Positions 1 through 9,346 of a stretch of 64,000 bases of DNA are shown piece by piece. Every line of letters starts with the position of its first letter. The stretch's first letter is position 1. The DNA is taken from positions 558,378 to 622,377 of the forward strand of contig OZ219858.1 of the NCBI GenBank assembly GCA_964291395.2. Reading direction: 5' to 3'. The position numbers and the translations under genes were made by a program. The notes beneath the pieces are model-generated. The model saw only the letters and a list, made by a program, of their open reading frames with translations. It made no database searches and was not told the origin of the DNA. The DNA comes from Alphaproteobacteria bacterium (GTDB lineage Bacteria > Pseudomonadota > Alphaproteobacteria > UBA2966).

Positions 1-703
1 CCTTTCGGGTGATACCCTCCAGCATGCCGCGGTGCGGCGTGACCGCTTCGCCATCCCTGACAACGAAGACGTTGAACCCGGGTCCTTCGGTTATGTTGCC
101 GTCCTCGTCGGGCATGAGCACGTTGTCGCCGCCCCGGTCGAAGGCCTCGAACAGGCCGGCGACGAAATCGAGCCGGTTGTAGTTCTTGATCTTCGGATCG
201 ACCGCATCGGGCGAGATCCGCGGTGCCGAGGCGACGATCATGTTGAGCCCCCGGTCCTGGACTTCCTTCTTGATGGTGTCGGAATAGGGTTGGGCGTAGG
301 CGAAGAAGTTGGGTGTCGCGTCCCGGGGGTCTCGCGATCCCGGCACCGCCGCGCCGCGGGTGCAGATCGGCTTCACCAGGGCGCGCCGCAGACCGGAGCG
401 GCGTACGCATTCGTCCTGGATCTCGATCAGCTCCTTGCGCGTCACCGGCAGATCCAGCCGCAGCGTCTCGCACGAGGTCAGGAACCGGTCCAGGTGGAGA
501 TCGCGGCGGAAGTACTTGCCGTCCCACACCTTGAGGGTATCGAAGGTGCAGTCGGAGCGCGTGAACCCGAAGTCGAGGACGGAGATCTTCGCCTCGCGGA
601 GCGGCCGGTAGTCGCCGTCTATGAAGGCGATGCCCTCCGCCGGATCGATATCCGGGCGGGGCGCCTCCGGCGCCGGCATGGGGGATTCGTTCAAGGCACT
701 CAT
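1..703 (-). CDS. Fold-type IV PLP aminotransferase (branched-chain / D-amino-acid aminotransferase family); C-terminus lies beyond the window edge
   Basis: Absent from the ORF track because it is open at the window edge. My reverse translation from the ATG at 701-703 reads MSALNESPMPAPEAPRPDIDPAEGIAFIDGDYRPLREAKISVLDFGFTRSDCTFDTLKVWDGKYFRRDLHLDRF ... NITEGPGFNVFVVRDGEAVTP with no stop down to nt 2. This matches the class IV pattern (vsvlDrGf..gD..Fe, then E.pg.N.F). Confidence 0.75.
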   Translation of the reverse strand, partial: MSALNESPMPAPEAPRPDIDPAEGIAFIDGDYRPLREAKISVLDFGFTRSDCTFDTLKVWDGKYFRRDLHLDRFLTSCETLRLDLPVTRKELIEIQDECVRRSGLRRALVKPICTRGAAVPGSRDPRDATPNFFAYAQPYSDTIKKEVQDRGLNMIVASAPRISPDAVDPKIKNYNRLDFVAGLFEAFDRGGDNVLMPDEDGNITEGPGFNVFVVRDGEAVTPHRGMLEGITRK

Positions 704-915
704 CGCGACCTCCATCCGCTGTCCCGCGTCGCCCGTTCAGCGTATCACGGACAGTACATACCGGCCATGCGGACATCGTGCTCGTATCGGCATTGAGCTT
801 GGCGCGGGCCGACGCTTTTGTGGCATCCTTCACGTCGACGTCTCCAATAAAACGACGATGCGGGATTCTTCGTCCCGCACCGGACTTCAGGATTGCTTCG
901 GACTAGGGGTAGGGG

Positions 916-2934
916 ATGGACCAACTCGGTCTTCTGGAACTGATACGCGAGGCCTTGATCGCAGTGGTGCACGAAATGCGCGCCAACGTGATTCACTCGT
1001 CGTATTCCTCCGTCATCTACGAGGGTCACGACTTTTCCTGTGCTCTGCTGACGGCCGATGGTCGCCATGTCGCGCAATCGGATGGCGATACGCCCATCCA
1101 CATCATCGCCGTGCCCTATTCGACTCGGGTGGTGATCGAAACCTTCGAGGACGACATCCACGAAGGCGACGTATTCCTGCACAACGACCCCTATACGGGC
1201 GGCACCCACCTCAACGACATCCTGATGCTGCACCCCGTCTTCAGCGGCGGGAAACTCGTCCTCTTCGCGGCCATTCGCTATCACTGGGCCGACGTCGGCG
1301 GCATGACCGCGGGGTCGCTGTCGGGTCAGGCCAGGGAGATCTATCAGGAGGGGATGCGCATCACGCCGACCCGCATTTGCGATAAGGGCGAGATGAACGA
1401 GACGTTCCTGCGTCTGCTGGTCGAGAACATGCGCCTGCCGGCCGAGCGCATGGGCGATTTCAACGCCATGCACGGCACGGGCCGCAAGGCCGAGGAACAC
1501 GTCCAGCGCCTCCTCAGGCGCTTCGGGCCGGACAATCTGCTCGAGGCCGTCGAGGAGATCCTTCAACGCTCCGAAGACGTCATGCGGCGGCGCATCCGGG
1601 AACTCGAGGACGGTGACTACTATGCGGAAGGATATATCGAATCGGACGGCGTGAGTTCCGCGCCCCTGGTGGGCCGCCTCAAACTGACGATCGAGGGCGA
1701 GGAGATGATCGCCGATTTCTCCGGAACGTCCGCGCAGGCCGCGGGGCCGACCAACGTGGGCCCGTCGATGACGCTGACTTCCCTCGGCGCCATCACGAAG
1801 GCGTTTCTCGACCCCCATACGCCGATCAATCACGGCTCGTTCGAGCCGATCACCATCATCGCGCCGGAAAGGACCATCGTGAATGCCCGGCACCCGGCGC
1901 CCTGCGGCGGCATGGTCGAGGTGAAGGCCCTCATGGACACCCTGGTGGCCACGGTCCTCGGTCAGGCCGTTCCGGAGATGAAGGTCGGCGATCTCAAGGG
2001 CGGCGCGAACCATATCTACACGACGGGCCGGTATCCGGATCGGGACGGCATCTTCATCCTCTACGAATGGCCGTCCGGCGGTACCGGTGCGTCGGACGGC
2101 GTCGACGGCAACAACTGTGTGCGCCAGTACAACGAGGGCGATTTCAATTCGATCCACGCCATCGAGGTGGTGGAGAGCCAATACCCCTTGCGCGTCGAGC
2201 GTTCGGAACTGCGCGTCGGTTCCTGCGGTGACGGCAAGTTTCGAGGGGGACTGGGGCTGCGAAGGGATCTTCGCCTGCTGAGTCCGTCCGGCGCTCTCTC
2301 CGTCCTGACCGACAAGTGCACCATCCCGCCGATCGGCGTTCACGGCGCCGCGAACGGGGCCGCCAACAACTTCGTCGTGGTTCGCGGCGACGAAATCGTC
2401 CAACCGTCCCCCATTCCGGGGAAGGTCTCCGGGTTTCCGCTGCGCGAAGGCGATATCGTGCGCTACGAATCGGCGGGCGGCGGAGGCTATGGAGACCCGC
2501 TCGAGCGGGACCCGCGGCAGGTCGCCCGCGACGCTCGTCTGGGCTACATCACGGCGCACATCGCCGATATCCGCTACGGCGTCGTTCTGGACGGCGGCGG
2601 CGCGGTGGACGACGGGGCGACAAACCGCCGTCGCAAGGAGCTGCGGGACGCCCGCCTCCATCTGACGCTGGAGGCGGCGAACGAGGATCGCTACGCGGAG
2701 GACCGGCGCATCTTCCGGGTGCCTTCCGCGATCGCGAACCGGGCCGGAGCGGCCGAGGGCGATCTCGTGGAGATATTCGCGGGCACGGGCCCGCTGGTGC
2801 GCGGCTGGGTCGAGCTCGACGACTCGAACGGCGATTCGGCCATGCGTATCGGCCCGGATGCATTTCATCTTCTCGCGGCTGTGCCGGGCGATTCGGTCGA
2901 GATTCGTCCCGTACGCCGCGAACCGTTGACCTGA
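916..2934 (+). CDS. hyuB: Hydantoinase B / oxoprolinase family protein (HyuB-type subunit)
   Basis: 672-aa ORF. N-terminus LELIREALIAVVHEMRANVIHSSYSSVIYEGHDFSCALLTADG and the later DPYTGGTHLNDI are typical of the HyuB/oxoprolinase B family. A purine-rich RBS (AGGGGTAGGGG) precedes the ATG. Confidence 0.9.
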   Translation: MDQLGLLELIREALIAVVHEMRANVIHSSYSSVIYEGHDFSCALLTADGRHVAQSDGDTPIHIIAVPYSTRVVIETFEDDIHEGDVFLHNDPYTGGTHLNDILMLHPVFSGGKLVLFAAIRYHWADVGGMTAGSLSGQAREIYQEGMRITPTRICDKGEMNETFLRLLVENMRLPAERMGDFNAMHGTGRKAEEHVQRLLRRFGPDNLLEAVEEILQRSEDVMRRRIRELEDGDYYAEGYIESDGVSSAPLVGRLKLTIEGEEMIADFSGTSAQAAGPTNVGPSMTLTSLGAITKAFLDPHTPINHGSFEPITIIAPERTIVNARHPAPCGGMVEVKALMDTLVATVLGQAVPEMKVGDLKGGANHIYTTGRYPDRDGIFILYEWPSGGTGASDGVDGNNCVRQYNEGDFNSIHAIEVVESQYPLRVERSELRVGSCGDGKFRGGLGLRRDLRLLSPSGALSVLTDKCTIPPIGVHGAANGAANNFVVVRGDEIVQPSPIPGKVSGFPLREGDIVRYESAGGGGYGDPLERDPRQVARDARLGYITAHIADIRYGVVLDGGGAVDDGATNRRRKELRDARLHLTLEAANEDRYAEDRRIFRVPSAIANRAGAAEGDLVEIFAGTGPLVRGWVELDDSNGDSAMRIGPDAFHLLAAVPGDSVEIRPVRREPLT

Positions 2935-2957
2935 GCGTGGTCGGGGAGGAGGATCGT

Positions 2958-5006
2958 GTGACCGTTCAAAACTATCTCGTCGGAATCGACGTCGGTGGAA
3001 CCTTCACCGACGTTCTTTGCTATGACCTCGCGGAAGAGCGGTTTCTGTCCGCCAAGGTGCCTTCACTCCCCGGTGAGCAATGGCGTGGCGTGCTGGATGC
3101 GCTCGAAGCGCTCGGCATCAAGCACGGAGCCATCGTCGCGTTCGTGCACGGCACCACCATCGCCACGAACGCGCTGCTCGAGCGCAAGGGTGCGAAGACC
3201 GGATTGGTCACCACCGAGGGATTTCGCGACGTGCTCGAGATCGGCAAATGCCGGCGCCTGATCGGCGGGTTGTTCAACATCAAGTTCGTCCGTCCCGCAC
3301 CACTGGTGAGCCGCGACATTCGCCTCGAGGTTCCGGAGCGGGTCACGGCCGACGGCGAAATCCTGCGGCCGGTCGCGGGCATCGACTTCTCCGAGGTCGT
3401 CGAGAAATTCAACGCGGAAGAGGTCGAGGCGGTCGCGGTCTGTTTCCTGAATTCCTACGTGAACGAGGAGAACGAACGGGCGGCGGAGGCGGCGTTGTCG
3501 AAACTGATGAACGGTACGCACATCTGCACGTCTTCGGGAGTGGTGCGCGAGCGTGGAGAGTTCGAGCGTTTCTCCACCGCCGTGCTGAACGCCTATCTGA
3601 CCCCCAATTTCATCGACTATCTCGATACCCTCGCCAATGAGCTCGAAGGGCGCGGCGTTTCGGCGCCCGTCAACATCATGGGGTCGAACGGCGGCGCCAT
3701 GACCCTCGAGAAGGCGCGCGAGTTCGTGGTCAACACGTTCCTGTCGGGCCCGGTGGGCGGCGTCAGCGGCGCGGTGCGGGTCTCCGAGCTCGCGGACCAG
3801 CACAATGTCATCACCTTCGACATGGGAGGCACCAGCACCGACGTGGCGCTGGTCTCCGATCTCAGCCCGCGCATCTCGCACGCCAACCAGATCGACGCCT
3901 ACCCGCTCCAGGTCCCGCAGCTCGACATGCATTCCATCGGTGCCGGCGGAGGCAGCATCATCTGGGTGCGGCCGGACGGCACTCTCGAAGTCGGCCCCCA
4001 AAGCGCCGGCGCGGTCCCCGGCCCGGCCTGCTATCAGCGGGGCGGCACCGATCCCACGATCTCGGACGCCAATCTGTTGATGGGACGACTGCCGACCGAG
4101 CGTAAGCTGTCGGGTGGACTCGTGCTGTCCTACGATCTGGCGGAAAAGGCCTTCCAGGACGTCGCGGAGAAGCTCGGGGCCGCCGACGCCGATCCGGTCA
4201 GGCTCGCCGACTCGGTCCTGCGCATCGCCGTCGCGAAGATGGCGGGCGCCGTGCGCGAAGTTTCCGTGCACCGCGGCTACGACCCCCGCGACTTCACCAT
4301 GGTCGGATTCGGCGGCGCCGGTCCGATGCATGTCTTCCTCGTCGCCGAGGAACTCGGCATCGCCAATGTGATCGTTCCGCGTTTCCCGGGTCACCTCTCG
4401 GCGCTCGGCCAATTGCTGGCCGACCAGCGCCGCGACTACGCCGACCCTTTCAAGGGGCGGCTTCGCGAGATCGATCCGGACGAACTGCGGGACCGTTTCG
4501 AGGCGCTGCGCAAGGCCGGTGCGAGCGAGCTCGACGGCAACGGGTTCGGCCCCGACCGTCAGGAGTTCGAATATATCTGCGACATGCGGTATGTCGGCCA
4601 GTCGTTCACCCTGCGCATCCCCTGGCGGCCGGATTGGACGTCGAACGAGCCGCTTCGCGATGCCTTCAACGAACGGCACGAACGGACGTTTGGCTACGCC
4701 GACAAGGAGAACGACGCCGAAATCAACACCATCCGATTGACGGCGACCGGTATGGTCGACAAGACCGAGCTCAGCTTCGAACCCGAGTCTACCGGCGACC
4801 CGCTGCTCGAGAAACGCCGGGCCTGGTTCAACGGCGAGTGGATCGATTGCCCGATCTACGACCGGGCGTGCATGCGGTCCGGATACGAGTTCGCGGGTCC
4901 CGGCATCGTCGAAGAGGCGGGAGGAACGTCGATCGTGCCGCCCGGTTGGCGCGTACGCCTCCATGACTCGGGCGCCCTGGTCTGTGAATATAGGGACGAG
5001 GGCTGA
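2958..5006 (+). CDS. hyuA: Hydantoinase A / oxoprolinase family protein (HyuA-type subunit)
   Basis: The track ORF is 2316..5006, but its first ~214 codons are R/G/P-rich and overlap hyuB. An in-frame GTG at 2958 follows GGAGGAGGA (2945-2953). VTVQNYLVGIDVGGTFTDVL is the family's ASKHA-type N-terminal motif. Confidence 0.88.
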   Translation: MTVQNYLVGIDVGGTFTDVLCYDLAEERFLSAKVPSLPGEQWRGVLDALEALGIKHGAIVAFVHGTTIATNALLERKGAKTGLVTTEGFRDVLEIGKCRRLIGGLFNIKFVRPAPLVSRDIRLEVPERVTADGEILRPVAGIDFSEVVEKFNAEEVEAVAVCFLNSYVNEENERAAEAALSKLMNGTHICTSSGVVRERGEFERFSTAVLNAYLTPNFIDYLDTLANELEGRGVSAPVNIMGSNGGAMTLEKAREFVVNTFLSGPVGGVSGAVRVSELADQHNVITFDMGGTSTDVALVSDLSPRISHANQIDAYPLQVPQLDMHSIGAGGGSIIWVRPDGTLEVGPQSAGAVPGPACYQRGGTDPTISDANLLMGRLPTERKLSGGLVLSYDLAEKAFQDVAEKLGAADADPVRLADSVLRIAVAKMAGAVREVSVHRGYDPRDFTMVGFGGAGPMHVFLVAEELGIANVIVPRFPGHLSALGQLLADQRRDYADPFKGRLREIDPDELRDRFEALRKAGASELDGNGFGPDRQEFEYICDMRYVGQSFTLRIPWRPDWTSNEPLRDAFNERHERTFGYADKENDAEINTIRLTATGMVDKTELSFEPESTGDPLLEKRRAWFNGEWIDCPIYDRACMRSGYEFAGPGIVEEAGGTSIVPPGWRVRLHDSGALVCEYRDEG

Positions 5007-5053
5007 ACCGCACCTGTTCACCGTTGCTACCGGCGACGGGAAGGAGTGAACCG

Positions 5054-6415
5054 ATGAGCCAAACCGAAACGACCGCCGGGCAAGCCACGGACCAGCCCGG
5101 CCCACGCAGCATGAAGGAGTACTACGAGATCGCCGAGCAGGTGCTGCCCGGCGCGGGTCTTGCCATCTACTCCAATCCGGACGACATCCGCTTCGTCGTC
5201 CACAAAGGGGAGGGCGCCAGACTCCAGGACGTCGACGGGAAGTGGTACGTCGACTATTCGATGGCGGCGTCCGTCAACATCCTGGGCCACGCCCACCCGG
5301 CGATCGCGAGTGCGATGAGCGATCAGCTCACGCGGGGGCACCTCCACTTTGGCAACCTCAATGTCCCGGTGATCGAACTCGCCAAGGAGCTCGTCGATGC
5401 CATCCCCTGCGCCGAGATGGTGGTGTTCGGCTCCACGGGTTCCGAGGCGAACGCCTATGCGCTGCGGCTCGCACGTGCCTTCACGGGTCGCGACAAGGTC
5501 ATGAAGTTCGAAGGCGCCTACCACGGGGCCCACGACTATTCGGCGATCAGCACGTTCGGCGGCGGGGCCACCGGCATGCCCCACATCGCCAACTTCCCCC
5601 AGGGCGTCGCCGACGGTGCCGGCATCCCGCAGGCCGTGCAGGACACGGTTCTCGTCGCACCCTTCAACGATCTCGAAGCGGTGCGCAGGATCATGGAGGA
5701 GCACGCCGGCGAGATCGCGGCCCTGACCACGGAGCTCGTGCAGCGCAACATTCCGCCGCATCCCGACTTCCACCAAGGTCTGCGCGACCTCTGCGACGAG
5801 TTCGACATCCTGCTCATCTACGACGAGGTGGTCTCGGGCTTCCGCATGTCCTATGGCGGCGGCCAGCAGTACTACGGGGTGACGCCCGATCTCGCGGCGT
5901 ACGGCAAGATCATCGGCGGGGGCGCGGCCCTGGCCGCGGTCGCCGGGCGGGCGGAGATCATCGCTCAGGCGAACCCGCGCCGCCGCGGCGAGGACGACTA
6001 CGTGTTCGTCAACGGCACCCACTGCGGCAACCCTCTGGCCGCGGCTGCCGGTCTCGCCTGCCTGCGCGAGCTCAAGAAGCCCGGCACCTACGACTGGTTG
6101 AACGGCCAGGCCGAGAAGATGCGCCAGGAGGCCCAGAAGGTGTTCGACCGGCACGACATGCCGATCCTCTCCTACGGGGTCGCTTCCTACTGGAACATCC
6201 TGTTCCGCGATGCCCCGCCCCGGAATCAGGCGGACATGGACGCCACCGGCGACCTGAAGGCGAGCAAGGAGTTCGATCTCGAGCTCGTTCGCCAGGGCGT
6301 CTACGTCCTGCCCATCAACCGGCGCTATTTCTCGCTCGCCCACGACGACGGGATTCTGGAAGAGAGCCTGCGGCGGCTCGACGCGGCCTGCCGCGTCTGG
6401 ACGGCCAGGCACTAG
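5054..6415 (+). CDS. Class III (omega-type) PLP aminotransferase, glutamate-1-semialdehyde aminomutase-like
   Basis: ATG at 5054 follows GGAAGGAG. Motifs seen: GHAHPAI, FGSTGSEAN, DEVVSGFRMSYGG and the PLP lysine context AAYGKIIGGG. Confidence 0.85.
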   Translation: MSQTETTAGQATDQPGPRSMKEYYEIAEQVLPGAGLAIYSNPDDIRFVVHKGEGARLQDVDGKWYVDYSMAASVNILGHAHPAIASAMSDQLTRGHLHFGNLNVPVIELAKELVDAIPCAEMVVFGSTGSEANAYALRLARAFTGRDKVMKFEGAYHGAHDYSAISTFGGGATGMPHIANFPQGVADGAGIPQAVQDTVLVAPFNDLEAVRRIMEEHAGEIAALTTELVQRNIPPHPDFHQGLRDLCDEFDILLIYDEVVSGFRMSYGGGQQYYGVTPDLAAYGKIIGGGAALAAVAGRAEIIAQANPRRRGEDDYVFVNGTHCGNPLAAAAGLACLRELKKPGTYDWLNGQAEKMRQEAQKVFDRHDMPILSYGVASYWNILFRDAPPRNQADMDATGDLKASKEFDLELVRQGVYVLPINRRYFSLAHDDGILEESLRRLDAACRVWTARH

Positions 6416-6427
6416 AGGACTTCGCCG

Positions 6428-7165
6428 ATGGCCGGACCGCCGATCGATGCGGCCGGCCGCCTCATCGTCGCGCTCGACGTTCCCACCGTCGCGGAGGCGC
6501 GCGAGATCGTGCGCACGCTCGACGGCGCCGTCACGTTCTACAAGGTCGGCCTGCACCTCCAGTGGGACGGCGACGTCCAGCCCTTCATCCGGGAACTGCT
6601 CGGGGCCGGTCGACGGGTCTTCGTCGACTACAAGTACGCCGACATCGGAGCGACCATGCGGGGCGGCGTGGCCGGCGCGAGCCGGATTGGGGCGACCTTC
6701 CTGACCATCCAGGGCAGCGGCGAGGCGACCGGCGAGGCGATCGACGCCGCCCTGAAGGGGCGCGGCGACAGGGCGTTCCCGAAGCTCCTGCTCGTGACGG
6801 TCCTGACCAGTGTCGACGATGCCGACGTGGCGGCCCTCGGCCGTCACCGGACGGTGGCCGGACTCGCCGTGGAACGGGCCGAGCGCGCCGCGGACGCCGG
6901 TCTGGATGGCGTCATCGCGTCCGGGCACGAGGCGGCGGCGATCCGGGCGGTGGTGCCCGAAGGCTTCATCATCGTCACCCCGGGCGTGCGGCCGGCGTCA
7001 GCGGCCAGTGACGATCAGAAGCGCATCGTGACCCCTGCCGCGGCCATTGCCGCGGGGGCCGACTACCTCGTGGTCGGTCGGCCGATCATCGCCCACGACG
7101 ACCGGCGCGCTGCCGCCGAAGCCATCATCGCCGAGATGCGGCCGGCCTTCGAAGCGCCCACCTGA
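6428..7165 (+). CDS. Orotidine-5'-phosphate decarboxylase family paralog
   Basis: OMPdc-fold motif order is present: LIVALDV, FYKVG, VDYKYADIGATM (canonical LDxKxxDIPNT), TPGVRP, DDQKR, LVVGRPI. It lies inside a catabolic operon, 12 nt after the aminotransferase stop. Confidence 0.7.
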   Translation: MAGPPIDAAGRLIVALDVPTVAEAREIVRTLDGAVTFYKVGLHLQWDGDVQPFIRELLGAGRRVFVDYKYADIGATMRGGVAGASRIGATFLTIQGSGEATGEAIDAALKGRGDRAFPKLLLVTVLTSVDDADVAALGRHRTVAGLAVERAERAADAGLDGVIASGHEAAAIRAVVPEGFIIVTPGVRPASAASDDQKRIVTPAAAIAAGADYLVVGRPIIAHDDRRAAAEAIIAEMRPAFEAPT

Positions 7166-7258
7166 AATCGGTGGAGAACGGTTTTGCTTTGGGCAATCGC
7201 GCCACTATGATGCCGCCGCGCTCTCCGTGTGCGGTGGGCAGGTCACGCCGGCAGTCTC

Positions 7259-8482
7259 ATGAACCGTATTCTCGAAGGCCTCCGCATCGTCGAAGGCTCC
7301 GCTTTCGTCGCGGCCCCGCTCGGCGGCATGACCCTGGCCCAGATGGGCGCCGACGTGATTCGCTTCGACCCCGTCGGCGGCGGCCTCGACTGGAATCGCT
7401 GGCCGGTCACCGACGACGGGGTCTCGCTCTACTGGGTCGGACTGAACAAGGGCAAGCGCTCGGTCGCCATCAACCTGCGGGAGGAGGAAGGGCGAGAGTT
7501 GGCGCGCTCGTTGATCACGGCGCCCGGCGAGAACGGCGGGCTGTTTCTGACGAATTTCCCGCCCTCGGGCTGGCTCGCCTATGACAGGCTCAAAGAGGAG
7601 CGCGACGACCTCATCGTCATGAACATCCTGGGTCACAACGACGGATCGTCCGCCGTCGACTATACCGTCAACTGCGCCGTCGGATACCCGTATGCCACGG
7701 GAAGCGCCCATCGCGACGCGCCGGTCAATCACGTCTTTCCGGGCTGGGACGCGGTGTGCGGCGTCACCGCGGCCGCCGGCCTCCTCGCCGCCGAGCGGCA
7801 TCGCCGCCTGACCGGAGAGGGCCAATACGTCAGTTTGGCGCTCTCCGACGTGGCCTACGGGATGGTCGGAAATTTCGGGCACATCGCGGAAGCCCAGATC
7901 AAGAAGGAGGTCCGTCCGCCTTACGGCAACGACCTCTACGGCGCCTACGGGCGCGACTTCGGGACGCGCGACGGCAAACGCATCATGATCGTCGCGATCA
8001 CTCCCCGGCAATGGACCGAGTTGGTGAAGGTCGTGGGCATCCAGGAGAAGGTGGCGCACATCGAGGCCCTCATGGACCGGGACCTGAGCAGGGAGGGGGA
8101 CCGGTTCGAGGCGCGCGACGCCATCAGCGCCGTGGTCCGGCCATGGGTCGAGGCACGCACCCTGGCAGAGGTCGAGGCGGCCTTCGACGGCACCGGCGTC
8201 TGCTGGGGGCTCTATCGGGATTTCGTCGAGATGGTTGAGAACGATCCGCGATGCTCGCCGGCCAACCCCATGTTCGAGGAGCTCGAGCAGCCGGGAGTCG
8301 GGCGTTATCTCGTGCCGGGCTCGCCGCTGTGTTTCGGGGCATCGCCCCGCGTGCCCGTCAAGCCCGCGCCGCGGCTCGGCGAGAACACCGACGAGGTTCT
8401 GGCCTCGATTCTGGGACTCGGCGATGGCCACATCGGCGATCTGCACGATCGCGGAATCATCGCCGGCCCAACCAACGAATAG
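7259..8482 (+). CDS. Family III CoA-transferase (CaiB/BaiF family)
   Basis: MNRILEGLRIVEGSAFVAAPLGGMTLAQMGADVIRFDP is the typical family III N-terminus. I took the internal ATG at 7259 rather than the ORF-track start at 7229. Confidence 0.85.
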   Translation: MNRILEGLRIVEGSAFVAAPLGGMTLAQMGADVIRFDPVGGGLDWNRWPVTDDGVSLYWVGLNKGKRSVAINLREEEGRELARSLITAPGENGGLFLTNFPPSGWLAYDRLKEERDDLIVMNILGHNDGSSAVDYTVNCAVGYPYATGSAHRDAPVNHVFPGWDAVCGVTAAAGLLAAERHRRLTGEGQYVSLALSDVAYGMVGNFGHIAEAQIKKEVRPPYGNDLYGAYGRDFGTRDGKRIMIVAITPRQWTELVKVVGIQEKVAHIEALMDRDLSREGDRFEARDAISAVVRPWVEARTLAEVEAAFDGTGVCWGLYRDFVEMVENDPRCSPANPMFEELEQPGVGRYLVPGSPLCFGASPRVPVKPAPRLGENTDEVLASILGLGDGHIGDLHDRGIIAGPTNE

Positions 8483-8485
8483 GAC

Positions 8486-9343
8486 ATGACCATGAGCGTC
8501 GCGGAGACGCCCTATACCGATTGGATCGGGAACACCCAGGCGATCGAGGACTACATCTCGCCCACCCCGGTCCGCCTCCTGCAGATGACCCTCGACGATA
8601 CGGAGGCCACGCTCCGGGACGGGGATTCGCTGCCGCCGATCTGGCACTGGTGCTATTTCCTCGAGGCCGCGCCCCAATCGACCCTTGGTCCGGACGGCCA
8701 TGCGCCCCGCGGCGGTTTTCTGCCGCCCGTGGCGCTGCCCCGCCGTATGTTCGCCGGCGGGCGGTTGAAATTCCCGGCGCCGCTTCGCATCGGCGCATCG
8801 GCGCGCCAGACCGCCGAGATCAAGAGCGTCGTCGAGAAGGAGGGCCGGTCGGGACGGCTCTGCTTCGTCACCGTGCTCTACACCACGGAACAGGATGGCA
8901 CGGTCTGCATCGAGGAGGAGCGCGACTTCGTCTACCGCGAGGAGGGCGCGCCGCTGTCCGCACCGGAACCGGTCGAGCTGCCCGGCGTGCCCGAAGGGGC
9001 GTGGTCGCGCACCGTGACGCCGGATCCGGTGATGCTGTTCCGCTATTCGGCGCTGACCTTCAACGGACATCGCATCCATTACGACCAGCCGTACGTCACG
9101 CAGGTCGAGCATTACCCGGGCCTGATCGTCCACGGTCCCTTGATCGCGACCCTGCTGCTCGAGGTGGTGCGCCTCAATCAGGACCGGCCCGTGGCGGCCT
9201 TCTCCTTCCAGGCGCGGGCGCCCCTCTTCGACCTGGCGCCGTTCCGTGTCGTCGCGACGCCGGGCGGGGGCGACGACGTCGACCTCAAGGCCGAAGGACC
9301 GGATGGCACGCTCAGCATGCAGGCCACCGCGACGCTGGGGTAA
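8486..9343 (+). CDS. Two-domain MaoC-like (hot-dog fold) acyl-CoA hydratase/dehydratase
   Basis: 285-aa ORF starting 3 nt after the CoA-transferase stop. The C-terminal half (FRYSALTFNGHRIHYDQPYV...GLIVHGPL) is MaoC-like. Length and layout resemble itaconyl-/mesaconyl-CoA hydratases. Confidence 0.65.
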   Translation: MTMSVAETPYTDWIGNTQAIEDYISPTPVRLLQMTLDDTEATLRDGDSLPPIWHWCYFLEAAPQSTLGPDGHAPRGGFLPPVALPRRMFAGGRLKFPAPLRIGASARQTAEIKSVVEKEGRSGRLCFVTVLYTTEQDGTVCIEEERDFVYREEGAPLSAPEPVELPGVPEGAWSRTVTPDPVMLFRYSALTFNGHRIHYDQPYVTQVEHYPGLIVHGPLIATLLLEVVRLNQDRPVAAFSFQARAPLFDLAPFRVVATPGGGDDVDLKAEGPDGTLSMQATATLG

Positions 9344-9346
9344 ACG

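Noticed and set aside
32-796. 254-aa plus-strand ORF at the left edge of the window
   Set aside because: Its translation is R/G/D-rich with no recognisable motifs. The opposite strand gives a clean fold-type IV aminotransferase reading frame from 703 down to the edge, so this is an antisense artefact of high GC.
2316-2957. N-terminal 214-codon extension of the hyuA ORF
   Set aside because: It overlaps the 3' end of hyuB in another frame and translates to an RRR/GRR-rich sequence. A GTG with a strong GGAGGAGGA RBS at 2958 coincides with the conserved HyuA N-terminus.
745-9133. Very long ORFs overlapping the hyu operon: 745..2868 (-), 3063..5105 (-), 5027..6928 (-), 5242..7011 (+, off-frame) and 7205..9133 (-)
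   Set aside because: All are fully overlapped by plus-strand genes with strong family motifs. Their translations are dominated by R, G, A, P and D with no motifs. This is the typical stop-codon-poor off-frame reading of GC-rich coding DNA.
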